The translations under genes were made by a program, and so were the position numbers. A model generated the notes under the pieces. It made no database searches. It was given only the letters and a program-made list of their open reading frames with translations, and was not told where the DNA came from. A stretch of 64,000 nt of DNA from Microgenomates group bacterium. GTDB lineage: Bacteria > Patescibacteriota > Microgenomatia > UBA10105 > UBA927. The stretch is from positions 319,041 through 383,040 of the forward strand of contig JBAQFJ010000001.1 of NCBI GenBank assembly GCA_049287205.1. The letters are read 5' to 3'. The first letter of the stretch is position 1. The number at the start of each line of letters is the position of its first letter. This document shows positions 1 through 13,407 of this stretch, piece by piece.

Positions 1-1219
1 CTTCATCGATGTGATCAACTGCAATTTTTAGTCCTTCAAGGATATGTTCCCGTTTTTTTGCTTCCAAAAGCTCAAATTCACTGCGTCTTCTGATGACAAA
101 TTGTCTGTGTTTCAAATATTCTTCAAGAATAAGTTTGAGGGTACATGTCTGTGGAGTGCCGTCGACGATTGCCACCATATTGACCGGAAATGTGGTTTGT
201 AAATCAGTGTATTTATATAAATTGTTTAATACCTGTTTTGGATGTGCGTCACGTTTCAGTTCGACTACCACTCGAATTCCATGTCTGTCAGACTCATCGC
301 GAAGATCAGAAATGCCGTCAATTTTTTTGTCTTTGACGAGGTCGGCAATCTTCATCACGAGGTTTGCTTTGTTGACTTGGTATGGCAGCTCCGTGATAGC
401 AATTGCGGATTTGCCTTGTCCGATTTCTTCAATTTCCGCTTTGCCCCGCATGACAATTTTACCTTTTCCCGTTCCATACGCGGATTTAATTTCATTAATA
501 TCATAAATGGCTCCTGCTGTTGGGAAATCCGGTCCTTGGACAAATTCCATAAGTTCATCAAGGGTTGTATTAAAGGAATATTCCGGTGTTTCATGGCTTT
601 TTTCTTTGCCCTTAACGATCGTTATTTTTTTCACCATGTATTCCAACGCATCGATGATTTCTGATAAATTATGCGGTGGAATTTTTGTCGCCATACCGAC
701 AGCGATACCCTCAGAACCCATGAGTAAAAGATTCGGTAGTTTTGCCGGTAAATAGACCGGCTCTTTTGTAGATCCGTCAAAGTTCGGAATGAAATCTACA
801 GTATCTTTGTCGATATCGAGCATCATTTCTCCCGCGATTGCGGACATGCGGCATTCCGTGTACCGCATTGCAGCAGCGGGATCACCGTCAATAGAACCGA
901 AATTTCCCTGCCCGTCAACAAGTTGATATCGCATAGAGAAATCCTGTGCGAGTCTCACGATTGCTTCATAGACTGACGAATCTCCGTGTGGATGATATTT
1001 TCCCAAGACTTCTCCGACCACAGATGCACTTTTTTTGTATTTAGCGCTATGTGCAAGCCCTGTTGTATGCATTGCGTACAAAATGCGCCGGTGCACCGGT
1101 TTCATACCGTCACGGACATCAGGCAGTGCTCGTGACACGATGACAGACATGGCATAATCAAGATACGACTTCTGCATTTCTGTCACTACTTCCGATTGTA
1201 TGATTTTACCGATATTCAT
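1..1219 (-). CDS. gyrA: DNA gyrase subunit A, N-terminal part (gene runs off the window start)
   Basis: Reverse-strand translation from the ATG (cat at 1217-1219) reads [51 protein letters not shown]...[20 protein letters not shown], the conserved GyrA N-terminus. The plus-strand ORFs at 93-755 are antisense artefacts. Confidence 0.9.
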   Translation of the reverse strand, partial: MNIGKIIQSEVVTEMQKSYLDYAMSVIVSRALPDVRDGMKPVHRRILYAMHTTGLAHSAKYKKSASVVGEVLGKYHPHGDSSVYEAIVRLAQDFSMRYQLVDGQGNFGSIDGDPAAAMRYTECRMSAIAGEMMLDIDKDTVDFIPNFDGSTKEPVYLPAKLPNLLLMGSEGIAVGMATKIPPHNLSEIIDALEYMVKKITIVKGKEKSHETPEYSFNTTLDELMEFVQGPDFPTAGAIYDINEIKSAYGTGKGKIVMRGKAEIEEIGQGKSAIAITELPYQVNKANLVMKIADLVKDKKIDGISDLRDESDRHGIRVVVELKRDAHPKQVLNNLYKYTDLQTTFPVNMVAIVDGTPQTCTLKLILEEYLKHRQFVIRRRSEFELLEAKKREHILEGLKIAVDHIDE

Positions 1220-1222
1220 AAT

Positions 1223-3247
1223 TTACTTTCCGATGAATTGAATCACGAATGGAGCGATTAATAAGGCTACCACCTGTACGATTTTCATCATTGGGTTTAA
1301 GGCCGGTCCTGCAGTGTCCTTTAACGGATCTCCCACAGTGTCTCCGACAACAGCAGCTTTATGTGTGTCGCTTCCCTTGCCGCCGAAATTTCCATCCTCA
1401 ACATATTTTTTTGCATTGTCCCATGCGCCACCTGTGTTACACATGAAAAATGCCAACATGAGTCCGACAACAACGACTCCTCCTAAGAATCCTCCAAGCG
1501 CTTCTGCCCCAAGAAGACCGGCTGCAACTGGCATAGTGACAACCATAAGTGCTGGAATGACGAGCTCACGCTGAGCTGCTGCAGTGACGATCGCAACGGC
1601 ACGGGAATAATCAGGAAGTGCTTTTCCTTCCATGATTCCTTTGATTTCTCTAAATTGTCGTCTTACTTCCTCAACCACTTCAAATGCGGCTCGTCCCACT
1701 GAATTAATGAGCCTTGAGCTAAACAAAAATGGAAGTGCTCCTCCAAGGAGAACGCCCACAAACACTTTCGGATTGGCAATGTCAATTGTGGTGAGCCCTG
1801 TTGCTTCAAAGTATGTAGCAAACAAGGAACATGCCGCCACTGCTGCTGAACCCACTGCAAAGCCTTTGGTGAGGGCCTTCGTCGTGTTTCCAACGGCATC
1901 TAAGTTTCCTGTAACTTGTGGTGCTTTCCCTTTCAGTCCAGCCATTTCGACCATGCCTTGGGCATTATCAGAAATTGGACCGAAGGTATCGAGTGCCATA
2001 ATGATACCGGTTGTTGCGAGCATTCCCATACCTACCAAGGAAATACCGTAAAATCCAAATATTGCATACCCTGCATAAATGGATGCCGCGACAACAAGAA
2101 CGGAAACAAATGTTGATTCCATTCCATATCCAAGGCCTGCGATGATGTTGGTTCCTGCACCGGTTCTTGATGCTTTTGCAATACCCACAACTGGTTTTTC
2201 ACCAGGTCCTGTGTAGAATTTTGTGATCAACAAAAGGGCGATCATTGCAACGATACCCATGACTGCTGCGTATCCTGCCCGTGGTTCATTGAGTAAAAAT
2301 ACTGCAAGTCCCATAAATATAATAATGGCTGCAACAGCAGACACCATAAACCCGCGGATAAGCGGTTTAATTGGGTCTTCTTTATCATTCTTTGCTTTCA
2401 CGAAGAATGAACCTAAAATAGAGGTTAACACTGCTCCGGATCTTGCAAGGAGTGGAAATACCACACCTTTTAAGCCAAACAAATTTCCTCCTAATATCAT
2501 AGCGGCAACGATGGTGAGTGCATAGGATTCAAACACGTCAGCTGCCATACCTGCACAGTCTCCTACATTGTCTCCCACGTTGTCAGCAATAGTTGCCGGA
2601 TTTCGTGGATCATCTTCTGGAATTCCTTTTTCAACTTTTCCGACAAGGTCTGCTCCAACGTCAGCGGCTTTTGTGAAAATTCCACCGCCCACTCTCATGA
2701 AGAGTGCGAGGAGTGCCGCTCCAAATCCATATCCGACAAGCACGTTTGTTGCTGATTTTGCGACTGCATCAGCACCTTGCGAGATGAATGAAAAATATGA
2801 CCACATGTAGACGAGAGAAACACCTAAGAGTCCAAGTCCAACAACAAGCATTCCGTTGACGGTTCCTGCGCCGAATGCGACACGAAGTGCAGGATTGAGG
2901 CCTTTAATGGCTGCATTTGCGGTTCTCACATTTGCTTTGACCGCAACCCACATACCGACATACCCGATGATGGCGGAGAATGCTGCACCAAGAACAAATG
3001 TTGCCGCCATACCTGTGCCAAGTGTGAAGGCAATGATAACGGCAAGCACGATAATAAATGGAATAACGACTTTAAACTGTTTAGCAAGATATGCCATGGC
3101 ACCGTCTGCAACGGCTTTACCGATCTGCTTCAACTTATCTGAACCCTCTTCTTCTTTGAGGGTTCGTTTTACCAAGAACGCTCCATAAATAAGAGCAATA
3201 AGAGCAGTAGCCGGGGCAGTGAAAAGAGCAATTAACTGTATATCCAT
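1223..3247 (-). CDS. hppA: Membrane-bound proton-translocating pyrophosphatase (K+/H+-PPase)
   Basis: 674 aa polytopic protein with typical V-PPase motifs ([58 protein letters not shown]). Confidence 0.9.
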   Translation of the reverse strand: MDIQLIALFTAPATALIALIYGAFLVKRTLKEEEGSDKLKQIGKAVADGAMAYLAKQFKVVIPFIIVLAVIIAFTLGTGMAATFVLGAAFSAIIGYVGMWVAVKANVRTANAAIKGLNPALRVAFGAGTVNGMLVVGLGLLGVSLVYMWSYFSFISQGADAVAKSATNVLVGYGFGAALLALFMRVGGGIFTKAADVGADLVGKVEKGIPEDDPRNPATIADNVGDNVGDCAGMAADVFESYALTIVAAMILGGNLFGLKGVVFPLLARSGAVLTSILGSFFVKAKNDKEDPIKPLIRGFMVSAVAAIIIFMGLAVFLLNEPRAGYAAVMGIVAMIALLLITKFYTGPGEKPVVGIAKASRTGAGTNIIAGLGYGMESTFVSVLVVAASIYAGYAIFGFYGISLVGMGMLATTGIIMALDTFGPISDNAQGMVEMAGLKGKAPQVTGNLDAVGNTTKALTKGFAVGSAAVAACSLFATYFEATGLTTIDIANPKVFVGVLLGGALPFLFSSRLINSVGRAAFEVVEEVRRQFREIKGIMEGKALPDYSRAVAIVTAAAQRELVIPALMVVTMPVAAGLLGAEALGGFLGGVVVVGLMLAFFMCNTGGAWDNAKKYVEDGNFGGKGSDTHKAAVVGDTVGDPLKDTAGPALNPMMKIVQVVALLIAPFVIQFIGK

Positions 3248-3315
3248 AATTCTCCTTAAAAATTTTTTATACGAACAATTCCTTTGTTGACCTTCCTATT
3301 ATATAAATACTATTT

Positions 3316-5238
<1,923 letters not shown>

Positions 5239-5296
5239 TTAAGAAAAAACGAGCCTCCGATACGAAGCTCATCACTAGTTATTGTATACAATGAAA

Positions 5297-5971
5297 TTAG
5301 CTTTGTCTAGTCTCGAAAGAGAAAAATATGCCATCAAGAACGAGTTTGTAACTGACGTTGCTTGCAAGTTGTTTTTTTGCAGTAAGCAGCTGTTTTTCTA
5401 TTGACAGATACATCTGCGTCGACCATACATTTTTTGTTTTATGGATTGCAATGATCGAATGCTCTACCCAATCTTGTGCATCAATTTTATTTTTGCATGT
5501 CGTATCCAGTGTCGCGAGCATACTCCCGATTGAAACTTTTTCCGTGAGCAGGTGTTTCCATGTTTCAAGAACTGTTTCCTCTTTTGGTGTGAGCTTGTTT
5601 TCTACGGTGTGTATTTTTATTGTTGTGCATCGGGAGAGAATTGTCGGAAGCAATGCGTTATCAGATTGTGCTTCCATATATATATGCGTATGCATAGGCG
5701 GTTCTTCCAGTGTTTTGAGGAGTGCATTTTGCGCCTCTGTAGTTAAAAGGTCTGCGGATTCGATCGTGCCTGCAGCAAGGGGCGAGGATGACGGCATGAG
5801 TTGTAATTGTTTTTGCCAATTTCGAACTGCGGTGATGCCGATGGAGTTCGTGTCTTCGGTACAAATGAGCGGCCGTACATCAAAGGTATGAATGTGATCA
5901 TTTGCCAGGAGAGACGTTATTTTGTTTACTCGATTTTCTTTTGTTCCGCCAATAATAAGAAAAGTATGCAT
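5297..5971 (-). CDS. holB: DNA polymerase III delta-prime subunit-like (AAA+ clamp-loader)
   Basis: Motifs HTFLIIGG, NALLKTLEEPP and LPTILSRC. The start is placed at the internal Met (MHTFLIIGG), not the first Met of the ORF. Confidence 0.6.
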   Translation of the reverse strand: MHTFLIIGGTKENRVNKITSLLANDHIHTFDVRPLICTEDTNSIGITAVRNWQKQLQLMPSSSPLAAGTIESADLLTTEAQNALLKTLEEPPMHTHIYMEAQSDNALLPTILSRCTTIKIHTVENKLTPKEETVLETWKHLLTEKVSIGSMLATLDTTCKNKIDAQDWVEHSIIAIHKTKNVWSTQMYLSIEKQLLTAKKQLASNVSYKLVLDGIFFSFETRQS

Positions 5972-6069
5972 ACGTATAGTGATTGTTCCCTTGCAATATA
6001 TCATAAAACATTCAATAATAAATAAAGGACATGTTTTTTGCATGTTCACTTGTTTGTCGAAAGATCTTT

Positions 6070-7791
6070 ATGGCTGCCGCTGCCCAAGAATTACTGAATA
6101 TACTTGTTAGTCAAAATCATCTGACGAAAGAGCAGGCAGATGATGTACTGTTGCAGTCGACAAATCTCGGTGAAACGGTTGAATCCCTGCTTCTGAGTAA
6201 ACGATTGGTAACAGAAGAAGATTTGCTTCGCGCCCGCGCTGAAGATTTGCATATTCCATTTGTTGAACTTACAAGCAAAGCATTCTCCCCCGAACTTATT
6301 AATTATATTTCAGAGGCAGTCGCGAGAAAATATATTTTGCTTCCCTTTGAATTTAACGAAAAAACAAACCAGCTGTCTGTCGCGATGGCAAATCCACTCG
6401 ACGCACAGATCATTGATTTTTTGGAGAAAAAAACGAATAAATCCATAGTCGCCCATATGGCGATGAAAGAAGATATTCTTTCTGCAATTAATAATTTGTA
6501 TACGCAGCATATCGGAGAAGATGTGACGGCGGCGCTCAAAGAGACCGCTCCTTCAGAAATTAAAACATACGAGGCGGGCCATTTAAGCGAAGTGATCCGT
6601 GAAGCGCCGATCGCGCAGATAGTTTCTGCAGTTCTTGAACAGGCTATCCGTATTAGGGCATCTGATGTCCATATTGAACCACAGGATGCGGAAACGCGCG
6701 TCCGGTATCGTGTGGACGGCATTTTACAGGAACGATTGCTTCTTCCCCGCAGGCTTCATGAAGCCGTGATCTCCCGTATTAAAATTTTGGGCGACATGAA
6801 AATCGATGAACGTAGAATTCCGCAAGACGGACGCTTTAATTTTAAGATGGGTGATGAAGAGGTTGATCTCCGTGTATCCTCACTCCCCACGGTATTCGGA
6901 GAAAAAATCGTTATGAGACTTTTGAAAAAATCCGGTGGTGTGCCGTCACTTCCTGAACTCGGACTTCGCGGACTCGCATTAAAAAATCTTGAAACTGCAA
7001 TCCTTAGGCCACACGGCATTATTTTAGTTACCGGTCCAACCGGCTCCGGAAAAACAACGACATTGTATTCGGTTTTGAACAAGCTGAATAACGCCCGTGT
7101 AAATATAATGACGCTTGAGGATCCGGTCGAGTATCAGATAGCAGGAGTAAATCAGGTGCAGGTGAACGCTCCTGCAGGACTTACATTCGCAACCGGTCTC
7201 AGGTCTTTTCTTCGGCAAGATCCAAATATTATTCTCGTTGGAGAAATCCGTGACCAAGAAACAACGGAACTTGCCGTGCAGGCAGCACTTACGGGGCATC
7301 TGGTATTTTCTACGCTTCATACCAATAATGCGGCCGGTGCAATTCCTCGGCTTATTGATTTAGGCGCAGAGCCGTTTCTTATCGCCTCCGCATTAAATGC
7401 AGTTGTTGGGCAGCGCATTGCCCGGAAGCTTTGTGCTACCTGTAAAGAGGAATATGTGCCGGATGAAGCAGTGCAAAAAGATATTCGTGCTGTACTTGGA
7501 AACCTATTGCCTACAACAACACCGATAAAATTATATCGCGGCAAAGGTTCCATTGGAGAGACCACCTGTTCTACGTGCAGCGGCACCGGATACAATGGGA
7601 GGCTTGGTGTATTTGAAGTATTTACGGTTACAGACGCAATCAGTAAATTTACATTATCCCGTGCAACTATGAAAGATATAGAAAATCAGGCAATCAGTGA
7701 AGGAATGATTACCATGAAACAGGACGGGTATATGAAAGCAATTGAGGGAGTTACCTCAATTGAAGAAGTGCTGAGAGTTGCACAAGACTAG
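6070..7791 (+). CDS. pilB: Type IV pilus assembly ATPase PilB (GspE family)
   Basis: N-terminal GSPII_E_N-like domain, Walker A GPTGSGKTTT, Asp/His boxes and a C-terminal tetracysteine motif (CATC...CSTCSGTGYNGR). The start is taken at MAAAAQELL. Confidence 0.9.
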   Translation: MAAAAQELLNILVSQNHLTKEQADDVLLQSTNLGETVESLLLSKRLVTEEDLLRARAEDLHIPFVELTSKAFSPELINYISEAVARKYILLPFEFNEKTNQLSVAMANPLDAQIIDFLEKKTNKSIVAHMAMKEDILSAINNLYTQHIGEDVTAALKETAPSEIKTYEAGHLSEVIREAPIAQIVSAVLEQAIRIRASDVHIEPQDAETRVRYRVDGILQERLLLPRRLHEAVISRIKILGDMKIDERRIPQDGRFNFKMGDEEVDLRVSSLPTVFGEKIVMRLLKKSGGVPSLPELGLRGLALKNLETAILRPHGIILVTGPTGSGKTTTLYSVLNKLNNARVNIMTLEDPVEYQIAGVNQVQVNAPAGLTFATGLRSFLRQDPNIILVGEIRDQETTELAVQAALTGHLVFSTLHTNNAAGAIPRLIDLGAEPFLIASALNAVVGQRIARKLCATCKEEYVPDEAVQKDIRAVLGNLLPTTTPIKLYRGKGSIGETTCSTCSGTGYNGRLGVFEVFTVTDAISKFTLSRATMKDIENQAISEGMITMKQDGYMKAIEGVTSIEEVLRVAQD

Positions 7792-7822
7792 TTCCCCATT
7801 GGGGCTTGAGGAGGAAAAATAT

Positions 7823-8878
7823 ATGAACATGACTGAATTGTTTGCAGAAGCAGCTCGAGTAAACGCATCGGATATCCATATTCTTGTCGGATATCCTCCA
7901 ATGCTTCGTGTGTCGGGAAAACTTCAAATGATCAGCGGACAATCCGTACTTTCGGAATCTCAGGCAACGGAATTATTGTTTGCTATTTGTGCTCCGGAAC
8001 AGAAGGAATTGTTTTTGACAAACAAAGAGGTTGATTTTTCCCATGTTGCAGCAACCGGCAGGTTCAGAGTGAATTTGTATCATCAACGAGGAAGCGTTGC
8101 TGGGGCATTTCGGTATATTCCTGATAAGATTCGATCCATTGAAGATCTTGGACTGCCTGAAGTTTTACACGATTTTATAAAACTTCGCCAAGGTCTTATT
8201 TTAGTAACTGGTCCAACAGGACAAGGAAAATCAACAACGCTTGCTGCAATGATTGAGCGGATTAATCAAACAAAAGCATTACACATTGTGACCATTGAAG
8301 ATCCGGTCGAGTATATTTATCCCCCATCCATGTCTATTGTTTCGCAGCGGGAGATGCATGGTGATACGCATTCTTGGTCCATTGCCCTTCGCAGTGTGCT
8401 CCGCGAAGATCCTGACATCGTGCTCATCGGTGAAATGCGTGATTATGAAACTATTGCCGCAGCAATCACCATTGCTGAAACCGGTCATCTGGTGCTTGCG
8501 ACGTTGCACACCAATTCAGCCGCACAGACCGTTGATCGTATTATTGATGTGTTTCCTGAACACCAACAAATGCAGGTCCGTCTGCAGTTGTCCAATGTTC
8601 TTGAAGGCGTTGTGTCACAGCGGTTAGTTCCTGCCATTAATGGCGGACTTACAGCCGTGTGTGAGGTTATGACGGCAACACCGGCAGTCAGGTCGATTAT
8701 TCGAGACGGAAAAACGCACCAACTCGACAATACGATTCAAACATCATCAGAATTTAGCATGATGACGCTCGAAGCCTCGCTTGCTAAGGCGGTGAATGAT
8801 GGAAAAATTAGTGTTGATATCGCAACAGCTTATGCGCTTCGACCGGAAGATATCGGTCGATTGCTGAAGCGATCGTAA
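7823..8878 (+). CDS. pilT: Twitching-motility (retraction) ATPase PilT
   Basis: Motifs ASDIHI and Walker A GPTGQGKSTT, short PilT-type architecture. A GGAGG ribosome-binding site lies before the ATG at 7823. Confidence 0.9.
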   Translation: MNMTELFAEAARVNASDIHILVGYPPMLRVSGKLQMISGQSVLSESQATELLFAICAPEQKELFLTNKEVDFSHVAATGRFRVNLYHQRGSVAGAFRYIPDKIRSIEDLGLPEVLHDFIKLRQGLILVTGPTGQGKSTTLAAMIERINQTKALHIVTIEDPVEYIYPPSMSIVSQREMHGDTHSWSIALRSVLREDPDIVLIGEMRDYETIAAAITIAETGHLVLATLHTNSAAQTVDRIIDVFPEHQQMQVRLQLSNVLEGVVSQRLVPAINGGLTAVCEVMTATPAVRSIIRDGKTHQLDNTIQTSSEFSMMTLEASLAKAVNDGKISVDIATAYALRPEDIGRLLKRS

Positions 8879-8887
8879 CATACGAGT

Positions 8888-10096
8888 ATGGCATTTTTTA
8901 AATACAAAGCATTTTCTTCTGATGGAAAACAGACCTCTGGGTTTGTTGAAGCAGGAAGTCAGGATCAAGCAGTGAAGCTTCTGAAAGATAAGGAGTTGTT
9001 TGTTGTATCCCTGACGCAAACACAGGAAAAAGCGCTTTCTTCCGCATTAACGAAAATGCAGAAGATCAGTTTTTCTGATATTGTTAATTTTACCCGTCAA
9101 TTATCCACGATGGTCATGGCGGGACTGTCTATTCCTGATTCATTAAATATCCTTAAAACGCAATCATCTAATCCGATGTTGGTTGATGTGTTAAGTGATG
9201 TGGAACGGAGTATCGTTGGTGGAGGTAATTTGGGCGACGCATTATCAAAATATCCGCAGTATTTTTCAAACATTTATATTTCGCTGGTCAGAGCTGGGGA
9301 AGCATCAGGACAGCTCGATAAAGTGTTATTGCAGCTTGCAGACACGCTTGAGGGACAACGGGAATTCCGAGGCAAGGTGGTTGGTGCGCTTATCTATCCT
9401 GCTGTCGTTGTCGTTGGTATGGTTGTTGTTGTTATTATTATGATGATTGTTGTGATGCCAAAACTTACTGATTTGTATAAAGATTTTGGTATAGAGCTTC
9501 CGTGGTCAACAAAACTGCTTATTGGCATGTCGAATTTCTTTATTCATCAATGGTGGGCGATGCTCCTCATCATCGCCGGTATTGGTATTTTCTTTAACCG
9601 TTGGAAAAAAACTGAAACCGGAACATATATTCTTGATGCATTAATTTTAAAAATTCCGCTTTACGGTGCTTTGCAGCAAAAACTTATTCTGGTTGAATTT
9701 ACTCGTACACTTGCTATGTTGATTGGATCCGGCATCCATATATTGGATGCCTTGCGGATTTTAAAAGGGTCGCTTAACAATATTTTGTTTCAAAATGCAA
9801 TTGAGGATATCGCCAAAAAGGTGGAAAAAGGATTTCCACTCGGTGATATGTTTGCGAGCCATAAAGAATTTCCGCCGATTGTGTCACAGATGGTTAAGGT
9901 GGGAGAAGAAACCGGAAAACTTGATGAAACACTGCTCAAGATTTCAAAGTATTTTCAGGTTGAGACGGAAAGCATTGTGAAGGGGCTCACAACGGCAATG
10001 GAGCCGATCATCATGGTGGTGTTGGGCGTTGGTGTCGGATTTATCGTCATATCGGTCATTACCCCTATTTACAGTCTGACATCGCAGTTTAAATAA
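8888..10096 (+). CDS. pilC: Type IV pilus platform protein PilC (GspF family)
   Basis: 402 aa with two GspF repeats and three predicted transmembrane segments. Confidence 0.85.
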   Translation: MAFFKYKAFSSDGKQTSGFVEAGSQDQAVKLLKDKELFVVSLTQTQEKALSSALTKMQKISFSDIVNFTRQLSTMVMAGLSIPDSLNILKTQSSNPMLVDVLSDVERSIVGGGNLGDALSKYPQYFSNIYISLVRAGEASGQLDKVLLQLADTLEGQREFRGKVVGALIYPAVVVVGMVVVVIIMMIVVMPKLTDLYKDFGIELPWSTKLLIGMSNFFIHQWWAMLLIIAGIGIFFNRWKKTETGTYILDALILKIPLYGALQQKLILVEFTRTLAMLIGSGIHILDALRILKGSLNNILFQNAIEDIAKKVEKGFPLGDMFASHKEFPPIVSQMVKVGEETGKLDETLLKISKYFQVETESIVKGLTTAMEPIIMVVLGVGVGFIVISVITPIYSLTSQFK

Positions 10097-10177
10097 ACGG
10101 CGTAAAAATGATTGACAATCGCGCGCACACTCCTATACAGTAATAATAGAAGTATTTTTAGGATTGGAGGTGATAAC

Positions 10178-10717
10178 ATGAGAAAAATAACTTTACGCAA
10201 AGGATTTACATTAGTCGAGCTTCTTATCGTTATCGCCTTGTTGGGCGCGCTCGCCATTGGCCTTATTGGTGCACTTGATCCGTTTGAGCAACTCAAAAAA
10301 GGAACAGATACGGGCACAAGAGATTTAGTGAATCAAGTTCAAACAGCAGTACTTCGGTACTACGCAACGACAAATAGGATGCCATGGACGGATGAAGCTA
10401 CAGCGTTTACAGAAACAGATTTAGCAACTGACCCAATGCCTACCGCTGTTACGAATATGATTACAGCTGGGGAAATGAAGTCAAATTTTACTGAAATTTA
10501 CAGTGGATCATTGAATAAAGTATGGGTGTCGTATACTCCTATGAGTGATACAACATCTGTACAAGTTCGCGTATGTTACGCACCTGGTTCTAAATCATTC
10601 CAGGTTGATCCGGCAACAAAATATTTGAAAGATGGAACGGAAAATACAGGAGAGGGAGCTGCTGCATGCAAAAGCACAACGGGAGGAGAAGCGACTTGTT
10701 ATTGGTGTGTGCAATAA
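10178..10717 (+). CDS. pilA: Major type IV pilin (prepilin with class III signal peptide)
   Basis: MRKITLRKG|FTLVELLIVIALLG prepilin cleavage/methylation motif with Glu at +5. C-terminal Cys pairs suggest a disulfide-bonded loop. A GGAGG ribosome-binding site precedes the ATG and a strong terminator follows. Confidence 0.85.
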   Translation: MRKITLRKGFTLVELLIVIALLGALAIGLIGALDPFEQLKKGTDTGTRDLVNQVQTAVLRYYATTNRMPWTDEATAFTETDLATDPMPTAVTNMITAGEMKSNFTEIYSGSLNKVWVSYTPMSDTTSVQVRVCYAPGSKSFQVDPATKYLKDGTENTGEGAAACKSTTGGEATCYWCVQ

Positions 10718-10742
10718 TGATTTGAAATTGTATTGTTTTAAT

Positions 10743-10779
10743 AAACCGCGCTCGGGAAACCCGCGCGGTTTATTTTTTT
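10743..10779 (+). terminator. Rho-independent terminator after the major pilin gene
   Basis: AAACCGCGC-TCGGGAAACCC-GCGCGGTTT stem-loop followed by ATTTTTTTG. Confidence 0.8.
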
Positions 10780-10800
10780 GTGTTTGTATATACTATATAT

Positions 10801-11592
10801 ATGGATCCAGTGAACGTCGTGTTATTTATATTTGGGATATCGATCGGTTCATTTTTAAATGTGCTGATTGACAGATTGCCTATGGGTCAGGATGTAGTCA
10901 AAGGAAGATCACACTGTGATTATTGTCATCGCCACCTTTCTTGGTTCGAGCTGTTACCAATTTTTTCTTGGATCATACAGCGCGGAACATCACGCTGTTG
11001 TCATAAAAAACTTTCTGTGCAGTATCCGCTCATTGAGCTTCTCATTGGGCTTGGGTTTGTTATGATATACCGTCTCGGAGGATCAGCGCTGTCTCTTCCT
11101 TTTTTTGCGTATCTTGTACTCTTTTGTTCATCCATCGGTATTGTTGTTGCTGATTATAAAACGGAATATATCCCTGAGCTATTCTTATATGCGGCCAGTT
11201 TTGCGGTAATTGCACTGCTCTCCCCTTTGTTGTTTTCTTGTATTGAGGGATCCGCGTCGTCTTGTGCATTTGTCCTGCATTCCTATCTGATTCCTTCAGG
11301 TATCGGCACTGGTTTTTTCTTTTTATTGTGGTTGTTTTCAAAAGGTCGCGCTATGGGTGATGGAGATATTTATCTATCGGGCATTATTGGTATGGCACTT
11401 GGATATCCACGACTTATTATTGCGTATTATGCAGCTTTCTTGACGGGTGCAACAGCCGGTGTCATACTAATTTTAGTGCGTAAAAAACGGATGAAAAGCC
11501 ATATGCCGTTCGGACCGTTTATGATTTTGGGGCTGGGCATTGCATCCATGTACGGATCTGAAATACTAAACTTGTGGAGTAAATTATGGTAA
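10801..11592 (+). CDS. pilD: Prepilin peptidase (A24 family; peptidase / N-methyltransferase)
   Basis: N-terminal CxxC...C zinc motif (SHCDYCHRHLSWFELLPIFSW, SRCCHKK), multiple transmembrane segments and catalytic Asp regions. Confidence 0.85.
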   Translation: MDPVNVVLFIFGISIGSFLNVLIDRLPMGQDVVKGRSHCDYCHRHLSWFELLPIFSWIIQRGTSRCCHKKLSVQYPLIELLIGLGFVMIYRLGGSALSLPFFAYLVLFCSSIGIVVADYKTEYIPELFLYAASFAVIALLSPLLFSCIEGSASSCAFVLHSYLIPSGIGTGFFFLLWLFSKGRAMGDGDIYLSGIIGMALGYPRLIIAYYAAFLTGATAGVILILVRKKRMKSHMPFGPFMILGLGIASMYGSEILNLWSKLW

Positions 11593-11978
11593 AACGGGGA
11601 TTCTCACTTATTGAACTGTTAATTGTCATTGCACTGATTGGTATCCTTACAGCGATTGCGACTGCTTCCTATACGACAATGCAAAAAAAATCACGGGACA
11701 GTCGACGAGTATCTGATATGAAATTAGTACAACAAGGTGTGGAGCAATCGTTTTCTGATACGCTCGTGTATCCGACAGGAGAGGGATGTCTTGTAGACGC
11801 TACATATTTGCCGAACGGCTATCCCACAGATCCGAAAACAAAATTAGGCTATGACATGAGCTGTCCGGATGAAGTGACCTATTGTGTGTGTGCAGAAATG
11901 GAAGCGGAAAGCGGCAATAGCGCAGTCAACTGTCAGGGAGCCGAAGGCGACTTTTATTGTGTTTCTCAGCAACAATAA
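11586..11978 (+). CDS. Pilin-like protein (minor pilin)
   Basis: MVKRG|FSLIELLIVIALIG class III signal peptide. Confidence 0.75.
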   Translation: MVKRGFSLIELLIVIALIGILTAIATASYTTMQKKSRDSRRVSDMKLVQQGVEQSFSDTLVYPTGEGCLVDATYLPNGYPTDPKTKLGYDMSCPDEVTYCVCAEMEAESGNSAVNCQGAEGDFYCVSQQQ

Positions 11979-12002
11979 GTTTTTTTGGAAAGGATACGTT
12001 GT

Positions 12003-12458
12003 ATGAAAAAAATAATTGGATCGACAAGACATGGTTTTACGTTAATGGAGATTCTTATTGCTATAGCTATTATTGCCGTCTTGACCGCTATCGGTATCGT
12101 GTCGTATGGAAGTATTAATCGGAATGCGAGAAATGCGAAAAGAAAAAGCGATGTTGGGCAAATGCAGTCAGCTCTTGAATTGTATCGTTCTGATTTTGGG
12201 TATTACCCCGCAATAAATACCGGCGGTATGGCTGTTGCAGAAACGTTAGAGGAAAACGCCGATTTTTTGACGTATTTGTCTGATGTTCCTGTAGACCCAA
12301 AACATGTTTCTTATATGTATCAGGCGCTGAGTGAAAATGCAGGTCAATATTACGGGTATTGTATCGCTGCCACGCTTGAGCCGAGTGATCTTGCAACTGA
12401 CACTACATGTGGCACATTGGATTTAGGTGGATATAACTACGGAAGAAAGAATCCATGA
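12003..12458 (+). CDS. Pilin-like protein (minor pilin)
   Basis: MKKIIGSTRHG|FTLMEILIAIAII signal. The start is placed at the internal Met rather than the ORF-track start. Confidence 0.7.
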   Translation: MKKIIGSTRHGFTLMEILIAIAIIAVLTAIGIVSYGSINRNARNAKRKSDVGQMQSALELYRSDFGYYPAINTGGMAVAETLEENADFLTYLSDVPVDPKHVSYMYQALSENAGQYYGYCIAATLEPSDLATDTTCGTLDLGGYNYGRKNP

Positions 12459-12973
12459 AACAGCACATAGACACGCCTGCCGGCAGACGGGGTTTTACAT
12501 TGATTGAGTTGATCGTTGTTGTTGCCATTATTCTTATTATTTCTGTTGTTACGCTGTTAAATTATAATTCCTATACTGATAGACAGCGGGTAAAACAGGC
12601 CGGGTTTACCTTACGTTCTGATTTACGCCTCGCGCAAACAAAAGCAACATCTGGGCAGAAACCCTTCGTCTGTGATAACACAACCACACTGCAGAGTTAT
12701 GAGGTGACATTTTCTGACTGTGATGGAAAAGGAGCATGTTATACGATACAACCTATTTGTATGAAAGAAGGAATTCCTGTAGATACACAGGAAGAAATTT
12801 CAACAGTACTACTCCCTTCGGGAGTCGCATTTCAGACATCGTATTTGCCTATTCAATTTTTGTCAGTTACCGGTGCAACGAATCTCGATGTCGACCAATC
12901 AATTGTATTGACAGGTGCGGATATTATCTACACCGTCAATGTTTCACGATCAGGAAGCATAAGTGATTATTAA
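12455..12973 (+). CDS. Pilin-like protein (minor pilin; GspH/FimT-like)
   Basis: MKQHIDTPAGRRG|FTLIELIVVVAII signal. Confidence 0.7.
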   Translation: MKQHIDTPAGRRGFTLIELIVVVAIILIISVVTLLNYNSYTDRQRVKQAGFTLRSDLRLAQTKATSGQKPFVCDNTTTLQSYEVTFSDCDGKGACYTIQPICMKEGIPVDTQEEISTVLLPSGVAFQTSYLPIQFLSVTGATNLDVDQSIVLTGADIIYTVNVSRSGSISDY

Positions 12974-12977
12974 TAGT

Positions 12978-13406
12978 ATGAAATTAGAAAAACGTGGACG
13001 AAAAGGTCAATCATTGGTGGAATCTGTTGTTACACTCGGTGTTGTCATCTTGCTTGTAACCGGCCTTGTTGTCGGGACTACCTCATCGCTTAAATATGCG
13101 CAAAGCAGTCGTACGAGAAGCGTTGTGACGCAATATGCATCAGAAGGATTAGAGCTTGCACGAAAAGAGCGCGACAGCGGATGGGGCGCATTTGCGCGTG
13201 CAGGAATATTTTGTGTGGGGTCATCCGGCGCTATCCCTACAGAACCGTGTGAGGTGCTGGAGAATAAATATTCACGGGTATTGACGTATACATTGGATAA
13301 TGACGTTGATCCCCAGATCGTTACCGTTGTATCGAGTGTTACGTGGATTGAAGGAGATGGAGAAAAAATGATATCACTCCAAACAACGCTCACCAATTGG
13401 AAATAA
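12978..13406 (+). CDS. Pilin-like protein (atypical; Gln at +1)
   Basis: MKLEKRGRKG|QSLVESVVTLGV. The Glu at +5 is retained. The ORF-track start at 12963 is a GTG, so the ATG at 12978 is preferred. Confidence 0.55.
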   Translation: MKLEKRGRKGQSLVESVVTLGVVILLVTGLVVGTTSSLKYAQSSRTRSVVTQYASEGLELARKERDSGWGAFARAGIFCVGSSGAIPTEPCEVLENKYSRVLTYTLDNDVDPQIVTVVSSVTWIEGDGEKMISLQTTLTNWK

Positions 13407-13407
13407 T

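Noticed and set aside
93-755. Four plus-strand ORFs of 79-140 aa inside the first kilobase
   Set aside because: They are antisense to a clear GyrA reading frame on the minus strand, have low-complexity and odd composition, and lack ribosome-binding sites. They are artefacts of ORF calling.
10780-10800. A leaderless promoter for pilD (TATATA just upstream of the ATG)
   Set aside because: There is no acceptable -35 element, since the region upstream is the GC-rich terminator stem, and the A/T-rich context makes -10-like hexamers frequent by chance. pilD may be expressed by read-through or from an unrecognised promoter.
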